Positions 49,481 to 63,339 are shown, counted from the stretch's first letter. The stretch: DNA of 64,000 nt from Vicugna vicugna (GCA_013265495.1 MU060007.1:6445040-6509039); one strand, 5' to 3'. The notes: generated by a model not told the origin, from the sequence alone. Numbers and translations are program-made.

Positions 49481-52199
49481 ATTGATTTGAGCCAATGGGC
49501 TTGGATATGATCACTTAAGGACATAAGGGTAAACTGAGAGAGGTTTTAGGAAGAAACATACTATAGCCTATAATGTATTCTAATGCTTCATTCACTTAAA
49601 AGAATGGCTATAGAGCAAGTCTGGATATATAGGAAGTGACAAGATAATAACCCTTGGAGCTACTCTTTTTATTCTTTATCCCATGTGATACATTTTTCTT
49701 TCAGACTGTGTGAGACTTAATGTAGTTGAAGGCACACGAGCAGTAGATTTTGTCACACCTGTCACTCTACTTTTAATAATACATTTCAACAATAGCAAGG
49801 CTTTGCATGATGTATAAAGTCAATATTCAGTATAATAATGCTATATTTGATTATGATGATGAAGTTTGATACAAATATCTTTCTCTTATTTTAAAAGAAA
49901 ACTTTTGCTACAGCTATGAAATTCATTTAGTGGTTTGCTGTTGTCCGGAAATATCACATCCATTTCTTTTCCCCTAAGCTTCTTTTGAAGTGCTTTCGCC
50001 TTAATGGTTGAAGTTGCAGTAAATAATATTGTTTCTCTGTACTCTAAACAAATAGAATTTTAAAAAATGTTTGGATAAACATATAAATCCACAGTGGAAA
50101 ACTAAATAACAAAATGTATATCATACTGGCAATGGGGAAAAGGGAGACACACATATAGAAATTATGCTAGTTTTAGTACACTTAGAATCAGAAAATGAAA
50201 AATATCCGTTTGTCATAAAAGTTGTTATAGGCATTGGTATCTTCTTAATAGTCTAACAGTACTAATTTATGTGGATTATTAAACTGTATAACTTCATTGA
50301 AATAGTCTTTTTATATATGGAGGAAAGATGTGTGTAAACAAAGGAAATAAACAAGAAACATCTTAGTAACCTTAAATGTAGGAAACTACTTAATTACGCT
50401 GAAATTATTCTTTTGCTTGAGTATCACCTTTCACCTAACATACCATTTGTGAACAGAAAGGAAAGAAAGTGTTGAATTTATTCAAGATTTTTTTTATATT
50501 TATGTAGAACAAATGAAAAGGTTTGCCATTGATCCTTTGAAGTTAATTTATATTTTCAGAGCATATTTGATAACCAGATTGCCAATTTAACTTTTTGAGA
50601 AAATGATAAATAAATTACAAAGTAATTGATTATGAAGGGCCTTCACTTTGGAATTCATTAGAGTTAAATTCAAAGTGCTATATTATATATTTGTTTCATT
50701 TATGGTAGATCTAGTCTCTAATGAAGAATTTCCCTGGAAATCTAAAGTATATTGGGAAGTCTATTTTTCAGAAATGTTGCCAGAAATTTATTTACTGTAT
50801 ACTGTAAATAAATCTATATTAAGCTGAAATCAGTATATTCAACATGTGTAAAATTCAAAATATCTGAAACAGCTCAAATTTCTTCTTATTAATACAACAC
50901 TTGTATAAATCAACTTCAAATTTTATATCATAACATACACACACTATTTTTTTCCCAAATGATGATGAATGATGCTACCTTTTTCTTACATTTTCTTCTT
51001 CTAATGATTTAATCTTCTAAGATCATTTCTTGAATGCATAATACTCAAACTAAAACTACCACACTGAAAAATCTGTTACTGCAAGCAAAGAAAGTTTAAG
51101 TCTGTGAATTAGAACACCTTCTTCCCCCTGGATTCCCAGGAAGGTGCTTGGGGCCTGGACAGTTCAGGAATGATTTTGCTGGCACAGGGTCCTGAGAATG
51201 GCCTTCCCACTGAACACTCCAAATCTTTATTTTCTGGGCATACTGTCTTTCTGGAAATGTGTACTGTTACAGAAAATATGCATTCTTCTCAAGTGTGTTA
51301 TGAAGCTAGACAAAAACTCAAATTGATTAAGTTTGTTGGATGGTATGTTTCTTTTCTTTTGGTTTGATCTGAGATTTATTTTCTCATTATTCTTGAGCTC
51401 TGAGAGATATCTGGTTATAATAGAAAGTAACTTTGACACCTTACTAGGTTTATTTCCCTTCAGATCAGAATGAGATGTACATGGTAATTTAGTTGAATTG
51501 TGGAAGAAATCGTGGCATTGTTGCTCAAAAAATGACTACTTGAAATCAATAAAAGAAAAAAAAAATCCCTGTCCATCTGAGTTACTAAACTCTGTATGTC
51601 CTGGCTAGATTGCAGTTTTGTTTAGTTCTGTAAACTACACTTCTCTCACCACCCCAAGCACTCTCATGCCCTCATTTCTCTTAACATCTGCTGCACTGAC
51701 TACACACCACTTATGCAACAAACAAAATAAGGTGGATTTATTTCATTTCATGGTATTTTAAACTAGTTGGAAATCAGGAGATCCTGACTTCTATACTAAG
51801 ACTTTAGAAATGGTGGTATTTACTGACTTTAAGTATTTCAAAGAATTTCTCACTGAAGTGGTTTTTGTTCTTAGGTATGAATATTTCATAACATTGAATG
51901 AAATGATGGACTTACATAATAACTATATGGACAAGTCTATGTGTCCAGTTTTTCACTTATAACTTGGAGAAAATTAATAGCTTTATCAGTTGAATATTCC
52001 AAGTATACAGGAAACAGAGTATAGCACAATAAACAGTGATATATTAATGATGTCTTTTCCTCCTCTAGGAATTTTCTTTTATCCTTTACACATTTTTCTA
52101 ACTGGTTGTTTGTTTTTTTCCATTAATTTTTAGGTTTCTCATAAATTTCATATAGCCATTCTTTGACACTCATATTAATAGCAAATGTCTCTCTTAGTC

Positions 52200-52620
52200 T
52201 GTCTTTTTGTTTCAGTTTATTTTGAAATAATTGTAATTTCACAGGAAGTTGCAAAAATGTTATATAGAGAGGGCCCACGTATCCTTCACCTAGTTTCCCA
52301 AAATATAACTGTAGTTCATATCAAAACCAGAACTTTGCCATTGCTAGGATGTGTGTGTATAGTTTTATATCATTTATCATATAAGTCATTTGTACAACCA
52401 TTGCCATAATCAAGAGACGGAACTATTAACACAAACATCTCCATCATGTTATACCTTTATAGACACACCTACCTCCCTCCTTTCCATAACCCCAGCTCCT
52501 GGCAACTATTAATCTGCTGTTCATCCATATAATTTTTGTTGAGAAAGGTATGTAAATGGAGTCATACAGTATACAGCTTTCTGGGATTAGCCTTGGTCAC
52601 TGAGCATAATTTTCTACATA
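52200..52620 (-). mobile_element. L1MC-like 3' UTR
   Basis: tttattttgaaataattgtaatttcacaggaagttgcaaaaa...cctggcaactattaatctg...gtaaatggagtcatacagtat. Confidence 0.85.
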
Positions 52621-53300
52621 GACCGTTATGTCTTCTGTAAACGGAGGCTGTTTTGCTTCTCCCTTTCCCATCTGTATGCTTTGATTCTTCTCTTGCTTTA
52701 TGGCATTGGCTTAAAATTCCACTACTATGTTTAATAGCAATGATGAGAGTAAATATCATGTCTTTTCTGATCCTTGGGGATAAATATTAAGCCTTTCACC
52801 ATTATGTATGATTTTAGCTGTAGGTTTTTGTAGATGTTGTTTATCAGATTGACGTTCCCTAATTTGTGAGAGCTTTTATCATGCATGGTTGTTCTAATTT
52901 TATCAAATAAGTTTTCTGTTGCAGTTGATAGGATCACATGATTTTCTTCTTTAGCTTGTTAATACAGTGAATTACACTCTTTGATTTTCAAAAGTTGAGA
53001 CAGTCTTGCATCTCTGGAATAAAATCCATTAGGTCATGGTATATAATTCTTTTCATATATTGCTGAACTTTATTTGCTAATATTTTTTGTTAAAAATTTT
53101 ATATCTATATTCATGAGATACAGTAGGTTGTAGTTTTATTTATTTATTTTATCTGGTTTATGTATTATAACCATTTTAACTTCATAAAAGGTAAGGTGTA
53201 GATTACTGATTTGAAATTTTTCATTTTTTCTAATGTAAACATTTAGTGCTATAAAATCCTCTCAACCCTGCTTTAGCTGTGTGCCACAATTTTGATTTTT
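52620..53300 (-). mobile_element. L1 ORF2 reverse-transcriptase remnant
   Basis: The ORF at 52731-52937 (MILSTATENLFDKI...KLG...NIYKN) is a decayed version of L1 ORF2 MIISIDAEKAFDKIQHPFMIK...; frameshifted. Confidence 0.9.
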
Positions 53301-56224
53301 AATATATAAAATTAGTTATTAAAGATAATGGCTAATTAAGATTGTCAATATATTTTCATCAATTTCTGTGCTCTCCTTAGGTTATTATATTACATGGTTC
53401 TGAAGACAGTACACATTTAAATGTCAGTGCGACATTTATCTGAATGCTTACTGTCTTGTAGATATAGGCAAGGCGTAGTGTATTTGGGAACGTAAGCAAA
53501 TTGAAAACAGAAGAAATACCCTGTGGAACACATCTATTTAAGTTTTAAAAAGTGGAAGTTTGATAGTGAATGATTTCATTTGAAGGTTTGGATAACAGCC
53601 TTTTCCTTTTTTTACTTACATACGATTATTTTAAAATATATTTAATGTCTTCATAGTGCATAATTTGGGAAATATGTCATTTTACATAATTACAGTTTTG
53701 CCATGCTATTACTTCAGATAAGAAAGTTGGGAGTGGACTTGATTATAATCACTGTCTCTAGAAAATTGTGCATCACTGACATTCAAATTGTAAGCAAAAA
53801 TTCATTAGATTTATTTAGCTTTGTTCCTACTCAACCATATTGTCATGCTTGCACACAGATGATCTCAGCTTAAAATCAGAAAAAAAAACAGGCCTGATTG
53901 AAAAAACAAAAGGCCATAGTATAAAAGGAATGATGTTTTCAGAGTTAGTTCAACTCCTTCCTGACTCAAATAAGCAATTTTCTTTTATGTTCACAAACAG
54001 TAGGGCTGAAATTGCTTTGTTCTTCTCCAAAATAATAGCTACTAGATTTGCATCCTTGCTTTTTTTTTTATCGTGCTGTGTTTATGCCAAAACAAGAGAG
54101 GAAGCAAATAGTTCATTTAGCCTAAATATATTTATGGTTTTTTAAAAATCCATTTGTATGTTTAGCTGCCATATCTGTTTCTTCAATTAAATTCAGCAAA
54201 TGTTTGCCTATTCATTATATATAAAAAACTCAAAGACATCATCTAATATATAAAGACTCAATACTACCTTCAAGCCATTTTTGGTTATCTCTAATAATTC
54301 TAGGTGCTCAGGAGAAAAGGAAGTAAACCTGTCTTCTTGGCTGGCATACACAATTAAAGCATTGATATGAAATTACTTCAATTCTGAAAGTGGGAAATAA
54401 AAGTTCTATAGTTTTTTATAAATGTAAATCAGCCTACTTTCTAACAAAATGATCTTCTTCTACTGAGCTACTCAGTGAGAATGATACAGCGATCACTTTT
54501 CAAATGACTGTTTACAAGATAATGCTTCTTATATTCTTTTGATGGTAAACAGATGGTGCCATGTGCAAACATAGTTTCTTACAACTGTCAAATGAGCCTT
54601 AAGATTGCATGCTTTCCCATGTATGAAGCCAACTCTTATATAACATAAAGGAGATGCCTTCAGAATGCTGACTGATTTATAAATATATACATTTTAAATA
54701 TCTTGGAGTGATTATATATTTAACTTTGACTCAAGCAGGGTAAGAGCATTTATATAGACTTGCCATATGAGTCTATAAGAACAACAATAAACCATCACCA
54801 CTTAGGGTGGATGTCTTTCATTTTGTTTACTGAGCCCTACTTCTGCTGGGGTAAGACAAAACTGAAAAACAATGCCATTTCCAAAATACACTACCTGTGT
54901 CAGTAAGGAAAATCAGAAGGTTTAAAAAATTAGGATTGACATTCAACTTTTTGCTTAATATCCTGTCTTAATACACTAGGGTACTTAGTATGGAATATAA
55001 TGTGAAGCTTGGCTTTCCATTTGAAGCCAGAATTCTTTTCTTTAAAAGAAACTCATTCGCAGATCACTGAACTACCGGAATGTTGAAAACCCCAGTTCAG
55101 AAATGAGTTTCTATTTTTTGTGTGAGAAAATACCTTTATCTTTATCTGGCAGACCTTCTTTTACTGTCAACCCTTAAATGTATATACTCATGTGTGCTCA
55201 TACACACTCATACAGTCACAAAAATACAGAGCCCCTGACAATTCAATCACCTTAATGGATATATATGTGGGATTTCAAGTGGAAAATATTTGAGAAAAGA
55301 AACTTTAAACTGAGAAAAAGAGATGGTTCTGCTTCATATTGTCATTCAGTGATTCAAGCTTCTTCACCAGCAACAAAGGCCCTTGTGTCTTCCAGAGTCC
55401 TCTGCACCTAACTTAGGGTATGAGAAGTTTTGGAGGGCCAGGGCTAAAAGAATATTTCTCTTCTGCCTTCATTGTCTCAGATCCACATAGTATCTCCTAA
55501 TCTCAGGGAATATAGGATAGGTAGACTGGAAGAAACTGGAGATGGAGGAAAGAGAGTTGCTGGAGGTGAGAAGCCAATTAAGAGAGTAATTCAATGGTCC
55601 AGAGTTGCCGAATATTTAGAACCTGGTTGTATAGAGGGCTAGGGAAAAAATTCTCAACTCATATTTCTACTCACAGCATTTTAAAGTGACAACATTTTTA
55701 ATTCAGGGGTGCTATTATAATATTGTGAATATAATATAATGTGAATAAAATAAGACGTGGTTTGTGAAAATGATAAAGAAAGGCATTTTTGCATTAGAAT
55801 ATATATAGCCTGAGTTTACCATCATTAACCTCAGTAGATAAAGGCAGAGAAGAGTTAAAACTAAAAATATTAAGCAGTCACTTGGTTTTCAGTAATACTA
55901 AGAACCATCTATCAAGGCAGGGAGCTTTTAGCATAGAATATAAATAACAGAGATATGCCATGTACGTATGTGGAAAAGATCTCTATCCGAACACGGAAGT
56001 CCAAGAGCTTGGATAAATAGTCTAATTTATCACAATTACATGTATTTGAAAGAATGAAAACAATGAGAAAGGGGCAAGTTTACATATTGCTTTCTATCTC
56101 CCAGTGGGGTAAGGAGCACCACAATGTGAACTCATTTGCTACAAGCTCAGGAAGATGTTTGCATCAGGCTTATCTCTCATACCTAGTTCCATTCTTAGAA
56201 AAAGCTAAGAAATCCATGAAGCAG

Positions 56225-56227
<3 letters not shown>

Positions 56228-56257
<30 letters not shown>
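56228..56257. repeat. Poly(T)30 run
   Basis: Seen directly. Confidence 0.98.
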
Positions 56258-56260
<3 letters not shown>

Positions 56261-57104
56261 ACTCATACAACTAATTTTGCCATTGGCTAATGTTGTAGAC
56301 ATAAAGACAATTATGTGAAATCTTCCATTCTTGTTTTTTACCTGCACTTGAGAACTGGAGGTGTACATAGATAATAGTATTGCCTGAGATAATTCGCTTA
56401 ATGATTCATTCACTATGTGGCTTGGACACAAAAGTTTACTGAAGGAAATAAAACACTCAAATGACTAGAGTCATTAGTTAAGAGTAGCTGAGGGAAGAAA
56501 TGTCAGGCAAGCTTCCATCAAGATCTCAGCCTAACATCAAAATGTATGGACCTTAATTTGCCTAGAAGTTGCTTTAATACCCTAGAATCTATGGGAAACT
56601 CCCACCAATTCTCTCAGTCTGCATCAGTGAAGTGGTTTGCAAAAACTTGCCAGGAAGCTGCTGTCAAACTCAGATCTGTCCATGCAACTGCCTGCATCTG
56701 CCTAAAGAAATTTCTTCAGCTCTCAAAATCTTGTGCTAGTACCTCTCACTGGAAAGCTCAAACCTAACTAAATAGGGAAGGCGATTCTGTGAAATGTGAG
56801 CCTTGATTTCTCTTCTGAGTCACAAAAAAAGAGAGTGGTGATGATGCCAGTTTGGCCACAGGCAACCAGCATTCTGGCTTTTTGATCTACTGGTTTCCGA
56901 CTGGGCTTTAGATAAACACTGTGAAGTTTCCCCTTTGCTTTGATGGTCTAATCAGATGCTTTCTCTGGTTTACTGAGGAAACTGTACAACATTTCCCCAG
57001 CTCACACATAAGGGAAGTTTTCTGGAGATGAAGAGAAATGCAGTGAAGTTGAACTCTGGGAAACTCTAAGCTTGGATTGAGAGGCTGGTGCTCTTCCCAT
57101 AGTA

Positions 57105-57430
57105 TTTATTAATCAATTTAATATATGCTTGCTGAGTGCCTACCATTAAAACATATCTCTGCAAGAGTTAGAAATACAGTGGAGAACCTGCAAACATACC
57201 TCCTGTATTCAAAGTGCTCACAGTTTGGTGGGGAAGCCAGACAATATGGTAATTATGAATTGTTTTCTGTACAGATTTTGTTTTGTTTCTTATCTATTAG
57301 ACTGTGAGGTACCTTAAGGTGAGAATGATGGCTGCCCATGTGTGGTGGCTCTGTAAAGAACATTTTCGTATTTATCTTGGTATCCTGGGCACCTACTGCA
57401 TAACAGGTTCCTAATGATATGTTGAACTGA
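57105..57430. mobile_element. Two L2 3'-end fragments in opposite orientation
   Basis: Minus copy at about 57105-57250 (tgctgagtgcctac...aaagtgctcacagttt); plus copy at about 57295-57430 (tattagactgtgag...tgttgaactga). Confidence 0.55.
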
Positions 57431-58241
57431 GCTATTCTGCTACTCATTTCCCTAACGCGCTCCAGTCTCTATTAGTATTATTATTTTTATTATTATTTTA
57501 CTCCCAGGGCAAATTTTCAACCCACAGTTATCTTAGGAATTTAAAAATATTTCTCATCTGGTTTTATTAACTTCATTTAAAGTGCACAGTGCTTTGCGTT
57601 TTTGTAAGTCTAATGGGCCCTGTTTGTTGATTTATTGGAATGATGTTTTATTTCATTTTCACACAGTTTTAAAGCTATTATTAATTATTTCCCCCTCTCC
57701 ACCTCACTACATTGAAGACATTTGTATTTTATGTGGTTATATTCACGGAGTCTCTTAATGGGACATCAATAATATGTATTTCAATTGACTTTCCCTGACA
57801 GCAATGCCAGAGTGATTCTAAGGAAACAACAAGCAGAAGAACAAAAATAAGAATGAGGGAGCAGAAATTAATTAAAATTTTCTCTGAAAAATATGACAAC
57901 AACCCATTCTTTTGGAAATTTTATACAAGCTAAAAAATTATATGAAATTATATACATTAAAACATAAATTTATAATCAATAAAGATGCTTACGTAGATAT
58001 TTTTCTTATATCGTGTTTTCATTCATTTGAATTGTTTTCATTAAGGTGAAATAAATACTCAGTCCTTCCCTGTTCATGCTCATTTATGGCAATTACAGTC
58101 TGGCAATTTTATTATTAAATATCACGAATATCAATATGACATAGTATCCGTGTATATATTTACATGTGTATGTAACAATTAGGTACATATAAGTGTATAA
58201 TACTTATAATTGTTACATAAAAGAGTCAAAGATATCCACCA

Positions 58242-58733
58242 TGTTGTGGCCCCTGGGTTGTTTATTTCTTCACTGCAAGTTGAAACACGATGGCTTAAAA
58301 GCCCACTGGTGCCACACTCAAATTTTCACACATCCAATTATTTTTAAAGTAGCCCAAATAGATTTTTAACCATTTAGAGCCTTCCTGCTCTGTGTACTCT
58401 GAGCAAACTTACCCAACTTCTTCTGGCCACTGATAAGATAGAGCCTAGTGGTTATAAGACCCCAAGCTTCTATGACCCATTTCAGTCCTCTGACTCAGAA
58501 ACTCCCAGCCATGGTGTTGAGCAGCATTACCTAGACATGTTAGCCTCCTCTGTTACCCTCCTCACCCCCAACAGTTACCTTGTCCTCCTCACCATGTGCC
58601 TCTGGATAATCTAACGCTGTGAGTCTTCCCTCTCACACACGCAACTCTGTTCAAGAGTAGCCCAATAAAGCTTGTGTATGCTACATTGTTATCCTTTCCC
58701 TAGATCAGCCCCCAAATCCTTCCATCCCCTAAA
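58242..58733 (+). mobile_element. ERVL solo LTR (MER74/MER54-like)
   Basis: gggttgtttatttcttcactgcaagttga...cactcaaattttcacacatccaatt...ccatttagagcc...cccaataaagcttg...gatcagcccccaaatcc. Confidence 0.75.
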
Positions 58734-59602
58734 ATAATTATAACTATAATACTTACATATAAAGATTATGTAGCCTACAGTCATTCGTGATAATTTTATT
58801 TTCATGGAAATTGGGGTTACAAACCCTGTTATTAAAACAAATACATAAATATTTTTTAATAAAATGGTTAATAGTCAGCTTTACATTGTTATTTAAATAA
58901 ATACAGGAGAATCCTTCTTATATGAGATGGTTATGATCCCTAGTTGTGCAAGCAACCAAAAAAGTTGACTCTTCAGTTAAAATGATATACATTATTAAAC
59001 ATTTTATTTTAACTTAAAACATAAGCATATACTTTACTCATTTATATTCAGATGTAGGGTTGAGGCATCTTTCTGAGTACATCTCTACCGACTGCAGTTT
59101 CACTTTTTTTTTCTTACATTTGCTGCATTCTTAAAACATCATCAGTAATTTTCGGTTTCTGTTTTATTCAAGTGGAGTGAGAACTTGGACTCTTATGAGG
59201 CAATTTGTGGGTAGAATCTTTCTGGATGTTCTAAGTTTGACTTTCATTCTTTTGTAGTTGCCTCGGTCACAACTAATTAATTCAGAAACAATTTTGTTAT
59301 ATGATCCTTTTACTGAGTCTTTTCAAACATAATTGATATTGGACACAAAACTGTTTTAGACTTTTCAAACTCCTACTTCATGGGTCTGTATAATATTTAG
59401 ATACATTATTTAATTAGCAATTATAACTGGTATAAAAAGATCTTAAAATTATCATAAATGACTCTTAGTTGGTCATTTTACCACTTAAATGGTGGTAGCA
59501 AAATTAGAGGTAGCCTTTTGCCGTAGGAGTAACCCTTACCAATAAGCATTAAGAGTTAGTTTTCATAGAGGGGACTGAGAATAGCCTGTTATTTTAGAAC
59601 AC

Positions 59603-59977
59603 TATTAAGGACTGAATTGTGTCTCCCCCAAATTCATATATTAAAGCCCTAATGTGACTCTATTTGGAAGATAATAACTTCTAATGAGGTAATTAAGGTT
59701 AAATGAGATCTTAGGGACGGGGGTCCAATCCAATAGAACTGATGTCCATATAAAAAAAGAGACACCAGATGTGCAGGAGCACAGAGAAAAGGCTGGGTGA
59801 GAACTCAGTGAGAAGACGGTTGTCTGTAAGCTAGGAAGAGACAACTTGCCAGAAATCAACTCTGCTGGCATTTGGTCTTGGACTTCCAGCCTCTAGAACT
59901 GTAAGAAAATAAATTTCTGTTGTTTAAGCCACCCAGTCTGTGGTGTTTTGTTATGGCAGCCCTGGAAGATTAATATA
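59603..59977 (+). mobile_element. MLT1B-like MaLR solo LTR, full length, perfect 5-bp TSD
   Basis: ggactgaattgtgtctccccaaattcatat...aataaatttctgttgtttaagccacccagtctgtgg...taatata. AACAC at 59598-59602 and 59978-59982. Confidence 0.92.
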
Positions 59978-60049
59978 AACACTGAGAATCAGTATGATTT
60001 ACATGGGAGTGGAGGTCCCTCTGAATTTAGTTGAGTTCAATTAAGAGGA

Positions 60050-60780
60050 TTTCTATTGTATTAATAAGTATCTCAATATGGTTAACTGGTTGTCAGTGCT
60101 GTGCCACTCCCTTCTGGCATGAAATTCACATTCTTTTATTTTTGCCCTTCAAAGTGTCTTTGATTCATCTGGTCAGGAAATACATCTGGGAAATGTTTTC
60201 TGCACTCTTGCATATCCACTATCTTTCTGCTGCCTTCACTCATGAATTGACAGTTTTCCTAGAACAGATTCTTGAATAACTTCTCCAACCTTTGATAATA
60301 TTGCCTTACAGTCTCCTGGCCTTTAGTGTTGCAGAACAATTTGGGCCAATTGTGTCTTATTTCTTTGTACATTATTATTTTTTTCCCTAGATGGCTGTGG
60401 GATTCTTTCTTACCTTTTAACTGTGACAATTCCACTAGATATGTTTTGATGCTGTTTTCTTTTTATTGACTTCCTGAAATAGACAGCTTACTCTCAGATT
60501 GCAGAATGAGGTTTTATTAGATGAAGAAAGTTTCCCATTATTTATTTAATTATTGTTTCTGCTCCATCTATTCTTATATACTTTGATTAAGCTTTGGCAA
60601 TCTGTTTTCCATATGGTTTATTTTCTTTCTTCTCATTTTAATTATTTTATTCCTTCCTTTTATGTTTTAGAAGATTTTCTTCTGCATCATTAATTTGATT
60701 TTCTTAACATCTAATACGCTTTCCACTTCATTACATATAAAATCCAGAAACCATTATTTAGAAATACTTAAAACATGTTC
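60050..60780 (-). mobile_element. Degenerate L1ME fragment
   Basis: T-rich, with L1 antisense phrases (ccttcaaagtgtctttgattc, agaatgaggtttt...gaaagtttccc). Confidence 0.5.
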
Positions 60781-61029
60781 AGTTATTGCTTATCTTAACT
60801 TTCCATTTTACTGGTAATTTAGTCTGTATTCATATGTGCAGTACCTCTGTGTGAACATAAAGGAAATGTTTTAAAATGTTTTTTGTTCTTATAGTCTATT
60901 TTGAAGAAAAACAATTCATAATATTTACAGAAGTGAAGACTGCATTCTTTTAAATTCAGAATTTCCCCATGGCCTGTGATGCTTCTGTCTTCACTTGTTC
61001 TCATAAGGAACAATCTATTCCAGCTCTGC

Positions 61030-61220
61030 AACTGACAAGCTGGATGATCTTTGATAAACTATCTCAATCCTTTGTACCTAAATGCCCCTATTACAAAACG
61101 GGATTGATAATAACAGTGTTCATCTCATAGAGTTATTTCAAAGATAAAGTTTATCAATACATTTTTCTTCATCTTCTTAGCTATGAAGAGTACTTGGCAT
61201 ATAGTGGAAATTCAATAATC
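61030..61220 (+). mobile_element. MIR
   Basis: gatctttgataaactatctcaatcctttgtacc...aaaacgggattgataataacag...catagagttatt...cttggcatatagt. Confidence 0.7.
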
Positions 61221-63339
61221 ATTACATTGAAATAAAAGAACAAGAAAGGTTGGTTTCCAAGAGAAAAAAATCCATTGCTCATTCTAACTTGTTCTGTAGG
61301 AGTAGTTCTTTTCCACTAGGGCAGGTCCCATGACTTTTCTGGTCGCTCTATGTTAGTTAAAACAATTTTCTGGCAATTTTAATCACAGAATCTCATTTTA
61401 AGAACTGAAATGTTTATAAATGCTTTAAAGTTAAAGCTTCCCCTTTCCCTCAGTTTGAGCCTTCTTCAGGCTCAATGTCCATAGTGGGAAAGGTAGTATC
61501 ATCAGCATCTTTCATATTTCCTGGGCCTTGTGGTCGTCCTCCTCCCTCCTTGCTTACTGTTCCAGTTTCTGCTCATTCCAGGATTGGAGCTTGAGACTAC
61601 AGAGGGTGAGTAAGGAGAACTAACATGAAGGGAAAGTCTTAACTAGTTGCTCCTAATATGATCTGGTATTGAAACTTTCGGGGCATATTGATGCTCAAAA
61701 CTGACTTGCTTTCTTGGAAAGCAGTTTTGGATTCCTGAGAAGCTGCCCACGAGCACTGCTGCACTGCAGGTTTCACCAGCTTGGACATGGAATTTTACTT
61801 TAAAACTCTCTTGCCTTCCCACCCCTCCTCAGATCCAGGAGTTTGCTAGGGTCCCCTCACTTTGTCAGGTCAGAACCATTTCAGTGGTCCTTTAAGATAA
61901 CTCAAGCAGAGTGACCTTTCAGTTCCTGGAAACTCCCCCATCCTTGTCTTGCCAAACAGTGGCAGGAGTCTACAATGCGGACATTATTACAATCTGCCCC
62001 CTCCCTTCAATCCTCATCCTGTTTGAGTTCCTGGAAGAGAGAGGGTTTTAATTAAAAACTGACAGATCCACTATGACAGGCAGAAGCTGTTTGGACTCTC
62101 ATGGCAGATCATATACCAAGAAGTAAGAGAAGAATTCTAATCCTCTTTGCCAGGGCCATGGTGCAGCTTTGGCACCTCATGCTCTCCATAGCTTCAATGG
62201 CATTGCCTTAGACAGGAGTGTACTGTCTCGAAGAAGATGGTGAAGACTCTGGTGCTAGACCCTGGAAGCAGGGGTCCTTGACAGACAGGAGATAAGCAGC
62301 AGCTTTGGTTGTTACATTGTGGAGTGTGCAGGGCTGAAACAGTAAGACTCAGTTGTGATCATCAATGCAGCAACGACAAGTGAAAAATTCAGGGGTACCC
62401 GATAGTAATGATGGCACCATGGGGGAGAGTTTACAATGCTCAGTAAGCCCCCAACTGAGTCATCAATATTACTACTATTTATGTTGAACCATATAGCTGT
62501 TAAGGTGCTTCAGAAAAATGGGTTATATATGAATTTCAATAACCTTTGAATACTACACAAAGTAGATAATGGTATGTTAAAAATTCACATACAGTCACAA
62601 TTCAGGATGAGAGACTGTGGCTACTTTAAAGTTAAAAGTTTTAGAAAGTTGTATTAATTTTCAGAATATCAGACTACTGCTTAGTAGTTCTAGTGTTACT
62701 GAAGAAAACAAAGCGTTAGTATAGCTTTCAGATTTTCCTGATTTTCAAAATATTATACTTAAGGAATTTCATACTAAGTGCTAAAAGTTTAAATTCTAAA
62801 CACAAAAATGAAAATTTCTCTGCATTTCTTAACAGGAAGCATAACATTATAGATTTTAATAAACTACAACTAGAAGGAATTTGTGGTCTCATAAATTCTG
62901 TTTCTAGAATTTGAAAATTTTGTATTATATTGTTATAATAAGAAAATTTATCAGAAATTAAGATTACGGTTCTTAGGTCAACTCTTCTGGCAGTTTCATT
63001 ACTTATTTGTTTTAAAATATATGTGATTCCTCCTAAATGGAGTGTGCTTTACTGACGTAACTAACTCATCACAATCATACCAAGCCATTAAAATCAGGCT
63101 CATATTCTCTTCCCTGAGAAACTTCTCTTGACCATATTAACCAGTAATACATTCTCTTTCCTAAATCCAACTATAATCGTATGATACACTTGATTTCATA
63201 ATATCTATTACAGGCTGCTCAGTAGTATAGATGCTTCAATACCTATCTTTGCTCTATTACCAAATTTAAGAATGTTGTATCTTCCGTGGTAGGTCTTTAA
63301 CACTGGATATTGTTGACAGTTAATGATCAGCAACATTAT

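Noticed and set aside
52562-52937. ORFs resembling reverse transcriptase
   Set aside because: Decayed, frameshifted L1 ORF2; not a functional gene.
56228-56257. Poly(T)30 as the tail of a retrocopy
   Set aside because: No TSD found, and no recognisable SINE or mRNA sequence adjacent; treated as a simple repeat.
57105-57430. Oppositely oriented L2 ends as a miR-28/151-type hairpin source
   Set aside because: The complementary parts are about 240 nt apart and highly diverged; no compact hairpin.
62870-62907. Imperfect hairpin CTAGAA-G-GAATTTGTG-GTCT-CATAAATTC-TGT-TTCTAG
   Set aside because: Short, AT-rich and bulged; expected by chance in 64 kb and too small for a pre-miRNA.
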